Positions 1 through 11,261 are shown, counted from the stretch's first letter. The stretch is DNA of 64,000 bases from Rhodanobacter sp. (GCA_040371205.1 AP031382.1:987562-1051561); one strand, 5' to 3'. The notes: generated from the letters alone by a model not told the origin. Numbers and translations: made by a program.

Positions 1-1218
1 AGGTGGCCACGCCGATGCTGACGCCGACGGCTTGCGTGCGGCGTTCGACCACCAGCGGCTTGGCCATGTGGGCCAGCACGTGGTTGGCGATCGCCATGCC
101 GTGCTGCGCGGCGGCAGCGGCATCGGCGGCGCTGGCGTCCAGCAGCACCATGAATTCGTCGCCGCCCAGGCGCGCCACCGAGGCGGCATCGGGCACGGCA
201 TCGGTCAGGCGCTCCGCCACGGCTTGCAGCAGCAGGTCGCCGAAGCGGTGGCCCAGCGATTCGTTGACGGTCTTGAAGTGGTCGAGGTCGACCAGCAACA
301 CGCTGCCGTGCAAGCCGCTGTGCTCGGCGTCGGCCAGCAAGCCGCTCAGCGTGTGTTGCGCGTGCAGGCGGTTGGGCAGCCCGGTCAACGCATCGTGCCA
401 GGCGGAGTGGCGCAGACCCTGCTCGACTTGGCGCCGGGTGGCGGCTTCCGCGCGTAGCTGCGCCGCGGTGCGCTCGAGCTGGACGGTATGCATGCGCATC
501 TGCTCGACCAACGACAGGCCCATCAGCAGCACGAAGGAAAGGAAGGCGAATGCGTCCGTGGCCGGGTAGGGGCGGCCCATCGCGCCGATCATCACGATGC
601 TCCACAGCAGCGCGAGAAACTGCACCGCCAGGCAGGCCAGCAGCATGCTGCCGCGCAGGCGCTGGCCGCGCGTCGCGCATTGGCGCGCCGCGCGGTAGAA
701 CGCCCATGCGAACACCGCGTAGCAGAAAACATTGAACACTTGGCCGGAGGCCGAGCGCGTGCCGTTGATGCCGTGCAACGACTCGCCCCAGGGGAGCCGC
801 ACCGGCGTGCCCGGCTGCACCGACGTGTAGAACACGGTGCCGGGTTCGAGCAGGTTGAGCGCGAACAGCAGCAGCGTCGCCGCCAGCAGCAGCATCACCA
901 GCGGCCGCGACATCGGCCTGCCCGTGTAGCTGGCGACGAAGAACATCAGCGTGGGCAGGGCGATCAGCACGGCCCCGCCCAGGATGCGCAGCGCGAGCAT
1001 GGTCTGCGTATAGGTTTCCCCCGTGTAGACGCCTGTGCGTCCGAACGCCAGGGTCGCGGCGCACAGGCACAGCACCGCGAAGGCCAGCGACGTGCGGTCG
1101 TGCTTCTGGCGCCAGCCGATCAACAGGAACTGCACGCCGGCGGTCACCGCGACCGCGGCCGTGGCGATCAGTGCGGTGACGAAATATCCGAAGCTGGCTG
1201 GATGAGGTGCTGCTGGCA
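1..1218 (-). CDS. Membrane-anchored diguanylate cyclase (GGDEF domain). The C-terminus runs off the window start, so the gene is partial.
   Basis: The reverse-strand translation contains the ARLGGDEFMVLL motif (minus-strand translation of nt 151-190). It is preceded by hydrophobic N-terminal segments starting MPAAPHPASFGYFVTALIA. The ORF is absent from the six-frame track only because its stop lies outside the window. Confidence 0.7.
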
Positions 1219-1287
1219 TGCCCTGCGACTCTGGAAACGCAAAGCCCCGCCGGATCGCTACGGCAGGGCCGCGGGGGTACGCATACT

Positions 1288-1485
1288 CTAGCAGCAGCGC
1301 CCGCCGCCGCCCTTGTAGCGCGCCTCGGTACGCTCGCGATAGAACTCGGCATAGCTGGGCACACGGCGCTCGGGATGGCGTTCGCGCAGATGCTTCACGT
1401 AGGCCTCGTAGTCGGGCACGCCGCAGCACAGGCGGGCGGTCTGCACCGCCCACTTGCGCAGGGCCGCGAAACGCATGGCCGTCAT
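1288..1485 (-). CDS. ybdD: YbdD/YjiX family small protein (DUF466), the usual partner of CstA.
   Basis: It is 65 aa and begins [39 protein letters not shown], which matches the conserved YbdD family. It overlaps the cstA stop by 4 nt on the same strand. Confidence 0.75.
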   Translation of the reverse strand: MTAMRFAALRKWAVQTARLCCGVPDYEAYVKHLRERHPERRVPSYAEFYRERTEARYKGGGGRCC

Positions 1486-3584
1486 GGCGATGCCGCGTCC
1501 GCCAGCGCCACGTAGGGTTCCTCGTGGGCGGTGGGATGCCTGGCCTTCCAGGCCTTCGCCAAGGCGTTCAGGCAGAACAGCATCATCACCACCACCAACG
1601 CCATGAACAGCGCGGTCATCGCCATGTCCACGCGGTTGTTGGTGACGATCCGCTGCATGGCCGCTGCGGTCTTGGCCGGCGCCAGCAGCTGGCCCTGCGC
1701 CAACGCGGCGGCGTATTTGTCGGCGGCGGCGGTGAAGCTAATCGGCCCGACCAGCTTTTCGTAGCCGGCGCTCAACGTGCACACGACCAGCCAGAGGGCC
1801 GGGATGCCCGGTACCCACGCGTACCGTTCGCGCTTGAGCTTCACCACCACCACGGTCGCCAGCATCAGCGCGATGGCCGCCAGCATCTGGTTGGCGATGC
1901 CGAACAGCGGCCACAGCGTGTTGATGCCGCCCAGCGGATCGACCGCGCCCTGGTAGAGGAAATAGCCCCACAAGCCCACGCAGACCGCGGTGGCGAGCAG
2001 GTTGCCGGTCCACGACTCGGAGGCCTGCAGCGGCTTGTGCACGAGGCCGGCGATCTCCTGGATCATGAAGCGGCCCACGCGCGTGCCGGCGTCCACCGTG
2101 GTGAGGATGAACAGCGCTTCGAACAGGATGGCGTAGTGGTACCAGAACGCCATCATGCCCTCGCCCGGCAGGATGTTGTGCAGTAGCTGCGCCATGCCCA
2201 CTGCCAGCGTGGGCGCGCCGCCGGCGCGGCTGAGGATGCTCTGCTCGCCGACGTCTTTCGCGGTCTGCAGCAGCGCGTCCGGTGTTACCACGAAGCCCCA
2301 CGAACTGATCACCTGCGCCGCGTGTTCCGCGGTGGTGCCGATCAGCGCGCCCGGTGCATTCATCGCGAAGTAGACGCCCGGATGCAGCGACACCGCCGCC
2401 ACCATCGCCATGATCGCCACGAAGGCCTCGCACAGCATGCCGCCGTAGCCGACCATGCGCGCCTGGCCTTCGTTCGCCAGCAGCTTGGGCGTGGTGCCCG
2501 AAGCGATGATGGAATGCCAGCCCGATACCGCCCCGCAGGCGATGGTGATAAACAGGAACGGGAACAGGTGGCCCTGGAACACCGGGCCGCTGCCGTCGAT
2601 GAACTTCGTGACCGCCGGCATCTGCAGCATCGGCGCGGCGAGGAAGATCGCCAGCGCCAGCAGCGCGATGGTGCCGATCTTGAGGAAGGTGCTGAGGTAA
2701 TCGCGGGGCGCCAGCAGCAGCCACACCGGCAGCACCGAGGCGCAGAAGCCGTAGCCGATCAGCCACCATGCCAGCGCCTTGGCGTCGAGGTCGAACACCG
2801 GCGCCAGCGTGGCCGAATCGGCCACGATACGCCCGGCCCAGATCGATAGCAGCAGCAGCGCGAGGCCGATGATCGACGCCTCGAGGATGCGCCCCGGGCG
2901 CAACCAGCGCAGATAGCCGCCCATCAGCAGCGCGATCGGGATCGTTGCCGCTACCGTGAACGTGCCCCACGGGCTGTGCGTGAGCGCCTTCACCACCACC
3001 AGCGCCAGCACCGCCAGCACGATCATCATCAGCACCAGCACGCCGAACATGGCCACGATGCCGGGGATCGGTCCCAGCTCCTCGCGCAGCATGTGGCCGA
3101 GCGAGCGGCCGTCCCGGCGCAGCGAGAGGCCCAGGATCATGAAGTCCTGCACCGCGCCGGCGAACACCACGCCGAACAGGATCCACAGCGTGCCGGGCAG
3201 GTAGCCCATCTGCGCCGCCAGCACCGGGCCGACCAGCGGGCCGGCGCCGGCGATGGCGGCAAAGTGATGGCCGAACACCACCCACTTGTCGGTGGGCACG
3301 TAGTCCAGGCCGTCGTTGCGCAGCACCGACGGCGGCGCGCGCGCGGGGTCCATGCGCAACACGCTGTGTTCGACGAACTTGCCGTAGAAGCGGTAGCCGA
3401 TCACGAACACGCACAGCGAGGCGGCGACCAGCCAGATGGCGTTGATCGGTTCGCCGCGCCGCAGCGCCACCACGCCGAGGCAACAGGCGCCCACGATGGC
3501 GATGGCGGCCCAGAGGATCTTCGTCGCTGGGCCGGACGTGGGCTTCGCGTTGTGCATGGACTCGCTCCCGGTGGGTCGCCGCAA
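1482..3584 (-). CDS. cstA: Carbon starvation protein A (peptide/pyruvate transporter CstA family).
   Basis: It is a 700-aa polytopic membrane protein with a CstA-type N-terminus ([21 protein letters not shown]). It sits in the canonical CstA-YbdD arrangement. Confidence 0.9.
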   Translation of the reverse strand: MRRPTGSESMHNAKPTSGPATKILWAAIAIVGACCLGVVALRRGEPINAIWLVAASLCVFVIGYRFYGKFVEHSVLRMDPARAPPSVLRNDGLDYVPTDKWVVFGHHFAAIAGAGPLVGPVLAAQMGYLPGTLWILFGVVFAGAVQDFMILGLSLRRDGRSLGHMLREELGPIPGIVAMFGVLVLMMIVLAVLALVVVKALTHSPWGTFTVAATIPIALLMGGYLRWLRPGRILEASIIGLALLLLSIWAGRIVADSATLAPVFDLDAKALAWWLIGYGFCASVLPVWLLLAPRDYLSTFLKIGTIALLALAIFLAAPMLQMPAVTKFIDGSGPVFQGHLFPFLFITIACGAVSGWHSIIASGTTPKLLANEGQARMVGYGGMLCEAFVAIMAMVAAVSLHPGVYFAMNAPGALIGTTAEHAAQVISSWGFVVTPDALLQTAKDVGEQSILSRAGGAPTLAVGMAQLLHNILPGEGMMAFWYHYAILFEALFILTTVDAGTRVGRFMIQEIAGLVHKPLQASESWTGNLLATAVCVGLWGYFLYQGAVDPLGGINTLWPLFGIANQMLAAIALMLATVVVVKLKRERYAWVPGIPALWLVVCTLSAGYEKLVGPISFTAAADKYAAALAQGQLLAPAKTAAAMQRIVTNNRVDMAMTALFMALVVVMMLFCLNALAKAWKARHPTAHEEPYVALADAASP

Positions 3585-3707
3585 GATTCCCGCCGGACGT
3601 GGCGGCGGTCAATGCCCGCGGGTTCGGCCGTGGGCCGGACGCCGCCGCATCGTGTCGACGCGCCGGCTCGGTTAAAGTCGGCGGATACCGACGGGCCGAC
3701 CGAGGCG

Positions 3708-4247
3708 ATGATGATCCACGAGATCCTGAAGATGGGCGACTCCCGCCTGCTGCGCGTGGCGCCGCCGGTGCCCGACGGCATGCTCGGCAGCGCCGAACTC
3801 GACGCACTGATCGCCGACATGTTCGAGACCATGCACGACGCCGGCGGCGTGGGCCTGGCCGCGCCGCAGATCGGCGTCGACCTGCAATTGGTGATCTTCG
3901 GATTCCAGCATTCCGAGCGCTACCCCGACGCGCCCGAGGTGCCGCAGACCATCCTGCTCAACCCCGTCATCACGCCGCTGTCGCAGGACATGGAAGAGGG
4001 CTGGGAGGGCTGCCTCTCCGTGCCCGGCCTGCGCGGCGCGGTGAACCGCTACAGCCTGATCCGCTACCAGGGCGTCGACCCGCGCGGCGCGCCCATCGAC
4101 CGCACCGCCGAAGGCTTCCATGCCCGCGTCGTCCAGCACGAGTGCGACCACCTGATCGGCCGGCTGTATCCTTCGCGCATCACCGACTTCGCCAAGTTCG
4201 GCTATACCGAGGTGCTGTTCCCGGGCGTGGACATGGCGGACGACTGA
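3708..4247 (+). CDS. def: Peptide deformylase.
   Basis: The translation is [18 protein letters not shown]...GCLSVPG...HECDHLIG. The three PDF motifs (GxGxAAxQ, EGCLS, HExDH) are present. The ATG lies in the same frame as the long ORF listed at 2976. Confidence 0.9.
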   Translation: MMIHEILKMGDSRLLRVAPPVPDGMLGSAELDALIADMFETMHDAGGVGLAAPQIGVDLQLVIFGFQHSERYPDAPEVPQTILLNPVITPLSQDMEEGWEGCLSVPGLRGAVNRYSLIRYQGVDPRGAPIDRTAEGFHARVVQHECDHLIGRLYPSRITDFAKFGYTEVLFPGVDMADD

Positions 4248-4309
4248 GCGCCTTGCCTGCCATCCACCGAGTCGCCGCCATCGCCGCTCCGCCGGAGAGT
4301 GCGGTACGG

Positions 4310-5461
4310 ATGCGCCAAGCGGATTTTTCCGCCGGACCGAAGCATCCGCCGGCGCGCGATCCCGGCATCGATCTGCTGCGCGGACTGGCCATCGTGCTGG
4401 TGGTGTTCAACCACCTCGGCATCCGCATCCCGCTGGAGAAGAGCGCGCTGGCCGACGTGCTGCCGGCGTGGCTGCTGAACCGGCTGAACTGGAACGGCTA
4501 CGAGGCCGTGTACGTGTTCTTCGTGATCTCCGGGTTCCTGATCGCGGGCAACGCGCTGCGCCGCTGGGGTCGTCTCGCGGCCATCGACGCGCGTGCCTTC
4601 TATGCGCGGCGCTTCGCGCGCATCGTGCCGTGCCTGCTGGCCTTGCTCGCGGTGCTGAGTGCGTTGCATCTGCTGGGCGTGCAGGACTACGTGATCCATC
4701 GCCCGGGCCAGTCGTTGCCGGGCGCGCTGCTGTCGGCGCTGGGCCTGCATCTGAACTGGTACGAGGGGCGCACCGGCTACCTGCCCGGATCGTGGGATGT
4801 GCTGTGGTCGCTGTCCATCGAGGAGGCGTTCTACCTCGGCTTTCCGCTGGCCTGCCTGCTGTTGCGACGCCGTGCGTTGCTGGTGCCGCCGCTGGCGTTG
4901 CTCGCGCTGTCCCTGCCGTGGGCGCGCGCGGCGTTGCACGGCAACGAGATCTGGCTGGAGAAAGCCTACCTGCCGAGCATGGCGGCGATCGCCACCGGCG
5001 TGCTGGGCGCGGTGCTGGCCGATGCCTGCCGGCCGCCGCGGCGCACGCTGGCGTTGCTGGGCTGGCTCGGTGCGGTGGGGCTGGGTGCGGTTCTGCTGGA
5101 TGGCGGAGCGCTGTGGCATTGGCTGCGCGACGGCTACATGCTGGTGCTCACGGCATCGAGCCTGTGCCTGCTGCTGCGCTGCCGGTGGCGCGCCGAAGCC
5201 GGTCCCGCGGCGCCGCTGCGCGGCTTCGGCTGGCTGCGCTCGTGGGGCCGGATGAGCTACGAGATCTACCTCACCCACATGTTCGTGGTGTTTGCCGCGG
5301 TGCGCGCGTACCGGGCATGGGACGGCGATCCGGCGCACGGCTGGCTCTGGTATCCGCCGGTGCTGGGCCTGTGCTGGCTGCTGGGGTGGATGGTGGAGCG
5401 CGGCCTGTCGGCGCCGTGCGAACGCTGGCTGCGCACGCGCCTGTCGCGTGCCGCAAGCTGA
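4310..5461 (+). CDS. Acyltransferase family 3 membrane protein (OpgC/OatA-like).
   Basis: The N-terminus reads MRQADFSAGPKHPPARDPGIDLLRGLAIVLVVFNHL, which is typical of acyltransferase-3. The protein has multiple TM helices. The part of the listed 620-aa ORF upstream of this ATG overlaps def and is treated as artifact. Confidence 0.7.
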   Translation: MRQADFSAGPKHPPARDPGIDLLRGLAIVLVVFNHLGIRIPLEKSALADVLPAWLLNRLNWNGYEAVYVFFVISGFLIAGNALRRWGRLAAIDARAFYARRFARIVPCLLALLAVLSALHLLGVQDYVIHRPGQSLPGALLSALGLHLNWYEGRTGYLPGSWDVLWSLSIEEAFYLGFPLACLLLRRRALLVPPLALLALSLPWARAALHGNEIWLEKAYLPSMAAIATGVLGAVLADACRPPRRTLALLGWLGAVGLGAVLLDGGALWHWLRDGYMLVLTASSLCLLLRCRWRAEAGPAAPLRGFGWLRSWGRMSYEIYLTHMFVVFAAVRAYRAWDGDPAHGWLWYPPVLGLCWLLGWMVERGLSAPCERWLRTRLSRAAS

Positions 5462-5636
5462 CGGTTGCAGGGCGGACGCTCAAGCATTGTGCGTTAGTTG
5501 CCGATAAGGCAACCATGCATTCACTCGAATTCAACTCTTGTTCGGCCATGTTCGCGGATGTGCGCGAAGGCTCGCACGTGCCTGCGCGCACGCGAAAGCC
5601 CACCTGCCCCGTGCCGGATCCAGAGTTCCCGTTGGC

Positions 5637-6005
5637 ATGAGCAAAGACAACAAACAGCCCTACGGCAACAACGTGGACTGGAGCAACGTCGATCTCCAGG
5701 CCTTGCTCGACAAGACCGAAGGTTGGGGTCTGGACAACCGCGGCGTGTATTCGCCGGTGGCCTGCGAGCTGCACGTCGGCTGGGGCGCGAGCACGGGCCG
5801 GAAGGCCACCCTGGTCTACGAACGCGAAGGGGTGATGGTGGTCGAGACCACGTTCATCCTGCCCAAGGGCGAGCACGTGCGCGTGGACCGCTTCCTGGGC
5901 GGGGCGCCGCGGTCGACCTGGAGCGTCGTGGTGGACGGGCGCGAGGGTTTCCGCACCGAGGACCGCGCCAACGGCATCTACGTGCACTGGCTGCACGTGC
6001 GCTGA
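5637..6005 (+). CDS. Hypothetical protein (122 aa).
   Basis: It has an ATG start and strong GC3 codon bias. I recognise no family. Confidence 0.45.
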   Translation: MSKDNKQPYGNNVDWSNVDLQALLDKTEGWGLDNRGVYSPVACELHVGWGASTGRKATLVYEREGVMVVETTFILPKGEHVRVDRFLGGAPRSTWSVVVDGREGFRTEDRANGIYVHWLHVR

Positions 6006-6098
6006 GGCGGCCGTGTCGAATGCGCCGCGTCGTGGAGACGGACGCGAGCCGGTCGGATCACGACGTTGCGCGGGCGGTGGCGAACCGCATCCATCGGC

Positions 6099-6794
6099 TC
6101 ATTGCGGATCGGGTTGGCCGCCGCGGTCGGCATGCATGCGCTGGATGCGCACGACGCTGCCGCCGTCGTAGGTCACCACGTAAGTGGACCCCTCGTGCGC
6201 CTCGTGCGCGACCCGCACCGGAGCGCTGCGTTCCGCCTGCTGCACTACCTGCTTGTGGAACGCCACAAGGTCGCCGGTGGGGATAAGCGTCAGCGGCGGG
6301 CTGATCTGCTCGAAGGTGGAGAAATGGCTCCCGCACTGTGTGGTGTCGTGGCTGAACATGAGCCAGCCCTGGCCGCAGCTTTGGCCCGATACTTCGGGAA
6401 GGCGCTTCAGCCAGATGAAGTACTTGTTCCCGTGGGTGATCCGCACGCGGTTGTAGCGTGAGTCCTCGCCGCCGATGTTGTCCGCGGTCCAGAAGCGCAC
6501 GATGCTGGCCTCGTGGCAATCGGCCGACGCGCATTCCTGCAGCACCAGGTATTCGTCGTCCTGCAGCGACATCGGTTCGATGCTGAGGATGTCGCCCTTG
6601 ACCAGCGCCTGCGCGGGAAACACCACCGACGGCATGCGCGGATCGACCTTGAAGTCGCCGGAGATCAGGTAGCCGCCGTGCTGCGACGAGTAGGGCGGGG
6701 CGGTGACCTTGACCGCCGGGAGATCGGTCTGCGCCGAAGCCGCGAAACACGCCAGAACGCAGCAGCCGGACAACGCGATGGCCAAGGCTTTCAT
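6099..6794 (-). CDS. Secreted or periplasmic hypothetical protein with a signal peptide.
   Basis: The N-terminus MKALAIALSGCCVLACFAASAQT looks like a signal peptide. A GGAG ribosome-binding site lies 6 nt upstream of the ATG at 6794. The predicted mature protein has 4 Cys. GC content is somewhat lower than in neighbouring genes. Confidence 0.5.
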   Translation of the reverse strand: MKALAIALSGCCVLACFAASAQTDLPAVKVTAPPYSSQHGGYLISGDFKVDPRMPSVVFPAQALVKGDILSIEPMSLQDDEYLVLQECASADCHEASIVRFWTADNIGGEDSRYNRVRITHGNKYFIWLKRLPEVSGQSCGQGWLMFSHDTTQCGSHFSTFEQISPPLTLIPTGDLVAFHKQVVQQAERSAPVRVAHEAHEGSTYVVTYDGGSVVRIQRMHADRGGQPDPQ

Positions 6795-6834
6795 GTGCAC
6801 TCCTGTGATGGGCCATGGTCGACCGGCTTGCCGG

Positions 6835-7911
6835 TCAGGACGACTCCTTGCACAGCATACGCCCGTAGGCGTGCACCTCGTCCACCAGCACGCGCACGTG
6901 CTCGGGATCGACTTCCGGCGTGATGCCGTGACCGAGGTTGAACACGTGGCCGGGATGCGGGCCGTAGCTGTCGAGCACGGCGCGCGCCTCGCGGCGGATC
7001 ACTTCCGGGCTGGCGCGCAGGATCGCCGGGTCGAGGTTGCCCTGCAGCGCCACCTTGCCGGCCACCGCGCGGCGCGCGTCGGCGAGGTTGATCGTCCAGT
7101 CCACGCCCAACGCGGCGCAGCCGGTGTCGGCCATCGCCGCGAGTTGCGTGTTGGCGCCCTTGGAGAACAGGATCACCGGCAGCTCGCGCGCGTGCGCGTC
7201 GTCCTTCAGCGCGGCGACGATCTGCGCCATGTAGCGCAGCGAGAATTCGCGGAACGGCGCGGGGCCGAGCAGGCCGCCCCAGGTGTCGAAGACCATCAGC
7301 GCCTGCGCGCCGGCCGCCGCCTGTGCCGCGAGATAGGCGGCCACGCTGCGCGCCAGCACGTCGAGCAGGCGGTGGGCGAGCGCGGGCTCGTTCCAGCACA
7401 TCGCCTTCAGCGTGGCGAAGTCGCGCGAGCCGCTGCCTTCGACCATGTAGCAGGCCAGCGTCCACGGGCTGCCGGCGAAGCCGATCAGCGGCACGCGTCC
7501 AGCGAGTTCGCGGCGGATCAGCCGCACCGCGTCCATCACGTAGCGCAGCTCGCCGTCCATGTCGGGCACGGCGAGCCTCGCGACGTCGGCGGCGCTGCGC
7601 ACGGTGCGCGCGAACTGCGGGCCTTCGCCATGCGCGAAACTGAGGCCCAGCCCCATCGCGTCGGGGATGGTGAGGATGTCGGAGAACAGGATCGCGGCGT
7701 CGAGGTCGAAGCGCGCCAGCGGCTGCAGGGTCACCTCGCAGGCGAACTCGGGGTTCTGCGCCAGCCCCATGAAGCTGCCGGCGCGCTCGCGCGTGGCGCG
7801 GTATTCGGGCAGGTAGCGGCCGGCCTGGCGCATCACCCAGATCGGCGTGGTGTCGACGGGCTCGCGGCGCAGCGCGCGCAGGAAGCGGTCGTTCTGCAAT
7901 GGCGCACTCAT
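6835..7911 (-). CDS. hemE: Uroporphyrinogen decarboxylase.
   Basis: It is 358 aa and contains [15 protein letters not shown] and SDILT motifs characteristic of HemE. Confidence 0.9.
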   Translation of the reverse strand: MSAPLQNDRFLRALRREPVDTTPIWVMRQAGRYLPEYRATRERAGSFMGLAQNPEFACEVTLQPLARFDLDAAILFSDILTIPDAMGLGLSFAHGEGPQFARTVRSAADVARLAVPDMDGELRYVMDAVRLIRRELAGRVPLIGFAGSPWTLACYMVEGSGSRDFATLKAMCWNEPALAHRLLDVLARSVAAYLAAQAAAGAQALMVFDTWGGLLGPAPFREFSLRYMAQIVAALKDDAHARELPVILFSKGANTQLAAMADTGCAALGVDWTINLADARRAVAGKVALQGNLDPAILRASPEVIRREARAVLDSYGPHPGHVFNLGHGITPEVDPEHVRVLVDEVHAYGRMLCKESS

Positions 7912-7915
7912 CGGG

Positions 7916-8176
7916 TCAGCGGCCGTAGGGGCCGTCGAGGCCCTGGCTGAACATCACGCGGAAGCCGCGCTTGAGTTGGGCGTCGCGCGCCTTCTCGAAC
8001 GCGGCGATGGCCTCGTCGCGCTCCAGGAACTGCTCGCGCTTGAGGGTGGCCTTGCCGCCCTGCTGGCCGGTCTCGCGGTACAGCGTCCAGCCGCCGAGCA
8101 GATCCTGCTCCAGCACGATCTGGACATAGCGTGGCGGCTCGGCGCTGCCGGGCAGGTTTTGCAGGTAGAGGCGCAT
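7916..8176 (-). CDS. Small WGR-like domain protein (86 aa).
   Basis: The sequence MRLYLQNL...[30 protein letters not shown]...KRGFRV resembles standalone WGR domain proteins. It is co-directional with the aroK-aroB-hemE string. Confidence 0.4.
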   Translation of the reverse strand: MRLYLQNLPGSAEPPRYVQIVLEQDLLGGWTLYRETGQQGGKATLKREQFLERDEAIAAFEKARDAQLKRGFRVMFSQGLDGPYGR

Positions 8177-8255
8177 GGGGCAGGGCGTTGGGCGTGAGCC
8201 GGAGCGCAGAGTTTATAGGACGCGCTTGCGCTTTGTAGAAACGCGCCTCGCGCAC

Positions 8256-9356
8256 TCACCGCGATGCGGTGGCCTCGCGCAGCACGGTCAGCACGTCGGC
8301 CTCGCCCACGCCGGCCACGATCTCCGCCTTGCCGATGCCGCGCCACAGGATCAGCCGCAGCGTGCCGGCGGTGTTCTTCTTGTCCAGCCGCATCAGCGCC
8401 AGCAGTTGCTGCGCGTCCATGCCGGGCGGGATGGCGACGGGCAGGCCCACGGCTTCCAGCAGGCGTTGCAGGCGCGCGGTGTCGGCGCCGCCGCTCATGC
8501 CCAGCCGCTCGGACAGGCGCGCGGCCAGCAGCATGCCGACGGCGACGCCTTCGCCGTGCAGCAGGGTGGTGTAGCGGCCGGCGGTTTCCAGCGCATGGCC
8601 GAAGGTGTGGCCGAGGTTGAGCAGGGCGCGCTCGCCCTGTTCGGTCTCGTCGCGCGCCACCACGCCGGCCTTGTAGCGCAGCTTGCGCGCGATGGCCTCG
8701 ACCACGGCGTCTTCGTCGCGTGCGGCCAGCGCGTCGGCATGCGCTTCCAGCCAGGCAAAGAAGGGTTCGTCGCCGATCGCCGCGCCCTTGATGACCTCGG
8801 CGAGGCCGGCGCGGTATTCGCGCACGGGCAGGGTGGCCAGCGTGTCGATGTCGGCCACCACGGCGCGCGGCTGGTGGAAGGCGCCGACCAGGTTCTTGCC
8901 GGCCGGCAGGTTCACCCCGGTCTTGCCGCCCACCGAGGAATCCACCATCGCCAGCAGGGTGGTGGGCATCTGGATGAAGTCGATGCCGCGCATCCAGCAC
9001 GCCGCGGTGAAGCCGGCGAGGTCGCCCACCACGCCGCCGCCCAGCGCGATCACGCAGGCGTCGCGGGTGGCGCCGAGCGCAGCCAGTGCGGCCAGCGCGC
9101 GTTCCACGTTGGCGAAGCTCTTGTGCGCCTCGCCGTCATCGATCAGGAAGCTCGACCATTGCAGGCCGTCCAGACCCTGCTCCACACGGTCGAGGTAGAG
9201 CGGGGCCACCGTGGTGTTGCTGATCACCAGCGCGTGGCGTCCGCGCAGGCGTTCGCGCCAGCGCGCGGCGTCGGCCAGCAGGCCGCGGCCGATCCATACC
9301 GGGTAGCTGCGTTCGCCGAGGGCGACGTCGAGGGTGGTCGGGGTGTTCGGGTTCAT
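8256..9356 (-). CDS. aroB: 3-dehydroquinate synthase.
   Basis: The start is [20 protein letters not shown]. The Gly-rich NAD motif [11 protein letters not shown] and the metal-binding HTFGHALE motif are present. The start is trimmed from the longer listed ORF. Confidence 0.9.
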   Translation of the reverse strand: MNPNTPTTLDVALGERSYPVWIGRGLLADAARWRERLRGRHALVISNTTVAPLYLDRVEQGLDGLQWSSFLIDDGEAHKSFANVERALAALAALGATRDACVIALGGGVVGDLAGFTAACWMRGIDFIQMPTTLLAMVDSSVGGKTGVNLPAGKNLVGAFHQPRAVVADIDTLATLPVREYRAGLAEVIKGAAIGDEPFFAWLEAHADALAARDEDAVVEAIARKLRYKAGVVARDETEQGERALLNLGHTFGHALETAGRYTTLLHGEGVAVGMLLAARLSERLGMSGGADTARLQRLLEAVGLPVAIPPGMDAQQLLALMRLDKKNTAGTLRLILWRGIGKAEIVAGVGEADVLTVLREATASR

Positions 9357-9892
9357 GCGGTGCACGTTTGACGTTGCCAGTGTTGGTCGATCAGCGCGAT
9401 GGCCTGCCGGCTGATCGCGGCGATGCCGTGGACGGCGGGCAGGGCGAGGTCGGCCAGTTCGCGGTACAGCGGCTCGCGCGCCGCGGCCATCGCCTCCAGC
9501 CGGGCGCGGCGGTCCGTGCCGGCCAGCAGCGGCCGCTTGGTGTCGTGCGCCAGCCGTTCCAGTTGTTGTTCGATGGTGGCCTGCAGCCACAGCACGTAGC
9601 CGCGCCCGGCCAGCAGGGCGCGGTTGTGTTCGGCCAGCACCACGCCCGCGCCGGTGGCGATCAGCACGCCGTCGTGCGCGCTGAATTCCTCCAGCAGCGC
9701 GCTCTCGCGCTGGCGGAAGCCGGCCTCGCCCTCGATCTCGAACACCATGCTTACATGGGTGCCGGTGCGCCGCTCGATCTCGCGGTCGAGGTCGACGAAG
9801 CGCAGGCGATAATGTGCGGCAAGGCGCCGGCCCGCCGACGTCTTGCCGGCGCCGGTCGGGCCAATCAGGAACAGATTGCGCGACGGATTCAT
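9353..9892 (-). CDS. aroK: Shikimate kinase.
   Basis: The start is [25 protein letters not shown], which carries the P-loop. It overlaps aroB by 4 nt. Confidence 0.9.
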   Translation of the reverse strand: MNPSRNLFLIGPTGAGKTSAGRRLAAHYRLRFVDLDREIERRTGTHVSMVFEIEGEAGFRQRESALLEEFSAHDGVLIATGAGVVLAEHNRALLAGRGYVLWLQATIEQQLERLAHDTKRPLLAGTDRRARLEAMAAAREPLYRELADLALPAVHGIAAISRQAIALIDQHWQRQTCTA

Positions 9893-9919
9893 TCCCTCAC
9901 TTTAGCAGCAGGCGTTTGG

Positions 9920-10753
9920 ATGGCTGAACGAATTTTGCTTGCCGGTTGCGGAGACCTCGGCATGCGCGTGTCGGGGCGCCTGCTGGCGCGCGGCGACGAG
10001 GTCTGGGCGTTGCGCCGCAATCCGCCAGCCGCCCGCATGCAGGGCATGCGCTGGCTGGCGGGCAACCTTGCCCAGCCGCGCACGCTGACCGGGCTGCCGG
10101 CCGGCGTCACGCGGGTGGTCTACCTGCCTGCGCCCGATGCGCGCGAGGCGGCGGCGTACCGCGCGTTGTTCGTGGATGGCCTGCGGCACCTGCTGGAAGC
10201 GCTCGATGCGGATGCGCTGAAGCAGGTGCTGCTGGTGTCCTCCAGCGCGGTGTACGGCGCGCATGGCGGCGACTGGGTGGACGAGGACACGCCGCCCGCG
10301 TCGCCGGGTTTCAATGGCGCCTTGCTGCTGGAGGCGGAACGGTGGCTGGCCGCGCAGGCCGTGCCGTCCACCGTGCTGCGCCTGGCCGGCCTGTACGGGC
10401 CGGGCCGCATGCAACTGGTGGAGCGCGTGCGCTCCGGCGCGCAGCGCGTGCCGCGCGAGGTGCCGCATTGGGCCAACCGCATCCATGTCGACGACGCGGC
10501 GGCGGCCATTGTTCATTTGCTGGGCCTGCGCGCGCCGCAGCCGCTTTACGTGGGCGCGGACGACACGCCGCTGCCGCTGCATCAGCTGTGCGATTTCCTG
10601 GCGCAACGGCTCGGCGCGCCCTTGCCGTGCGAGGGCACGGCGCCGGTGGGCGTGGGCAGCAAGCGCCTTCGCAACGCACGCCTTCGCGCGAGCGGCTGGG
10701 CGCCGCAATGGCCGGATGCACGCGACGGTTACGCGGCCTTGCTGGATACTTGA
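9920..10753 (+). CDS. NAD(P)-binding SDR-family epimerase/dehydratase-like protein.
   Basis: The start is [28 protein letters not shown] (a Rossmann fold). The N-terminal region of the listed 461-aa ORF is antisense to aroK and is discarded. Confidence 0.65.
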   Translation: MAERILLAGCGDLGMRVSGRLLARGDEVWALRRNPPAARMQGMRWLAGNLAQPRTLTGLPAGVTRVVYLPAPDAREAAAYRALFVDGLRHLLEALDADALKQVLLVSSSAVYGAHGGDWVDEDTPPASPGFNGALLLEAERWLAAQAVPSTVLRLAGLYGPGRMQLVERVRSGAQRVPREVPHWANRIHVDDAAAAIVHLLGLRAPQPLYVGADDTPLPLHQLCDFLAQRLGAPLPCEGTAPVGVGSKRLRNARLRASGWAPQWPDARDGYAALLDT

Positions 10754-10778
10754 GGCTTCAACCACAGGAGTCCGCATC

Positions 10779-11123
10779 ATGGCCAACCTTCCGATTCCGC
10801 ACGGCATGGTCACCACCGGCAACGACCTGCACGGTTACCGCGTCACCCGCACGCTGGGCATCGTGCGCGGCATCACGGTGCGTTCGCGCAGCGTGGTGGG
10901 CAACATCGGCGCCGCGCTGCAGACCCTGGTGGGCGGCAACATCACGATCTACACGGAGCTGTGCGAGAAGGCGCGCGAGGAAGCCTTCGAGCTGATGCTG
11001 CAGCACGCTGCAGCGATGGGCGCGAACGCGGTGGTGGCGATGCGCTACGACGCCAACGACGTGGCCGAAGGCGTCACCGAGGTGCTGTCCTACGGCACGG
11101 CGGTGCAGGTGGAGCCCGCGTAG
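10779..11123 (+). CDS. YbjQ/UPF0145 family protein.
   Basis: The start is [39 protein letters not shown], which is typical of YbjQ. A CAGGAG ribosome-binding site precedes the ATG. Confidence 0.75.
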   Translation: MANLPIPHGMVTTGNDLHGYRVTRTLGIVRGITVRSRSVVGNIGAALQTLVGGNITIYTELCEKAREEAFELMLQHAAAMGANAVVAMRYDANDVAEGVTEVLSYGTAVQVEPA

Positions 11124-11183
11124 CGGGCTCCTGCGATCCACGGATGGATCGCACGCCGGGCAATCGCCTTGGCGATTGCCCGG
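11111..11183. terminator. Three consecutive perfect hairpins at a convergent gene junction. This is a candidate bidirectional terminator or REP-like palindromes.
   Basis: The hairpins are gagcccgc-gta-gcgggctc (11111-11129), tgcgatcca-cgga-tggatcgca (11132-11153) and ccgggcaatcgcc-tt-ggcgattgcccgg (11156-11183). None has a clear U-tract. Confidence 0.3.
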
Positions 11184-11261
11184 CATCCGATATACATCGC
11201 ATAGGCTTTTACGACCTGCCGAACCCTCACCTCCAGCTTCTCTGGAGAGGCGTGTCGCCAG

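Noticed and set aside
3585-3707. A CRP site in the cstA/def divergent region.
   Set aside because: Only weak TGT..ACA-like fragments are present, with no convincing 22-bp palindrome.
1738-3807. A 689-aa minus ORF and the 2976-4247 and 3599-5461 plus ORFs with long N-terminal extensions.
   Set aside because: They are alternative frames overlapping cstA, def and the acyltransferase. The extensions are Arg/Pro/Gly-rich off-frame translations. The true starts were chosen by homology-typical N-termini.
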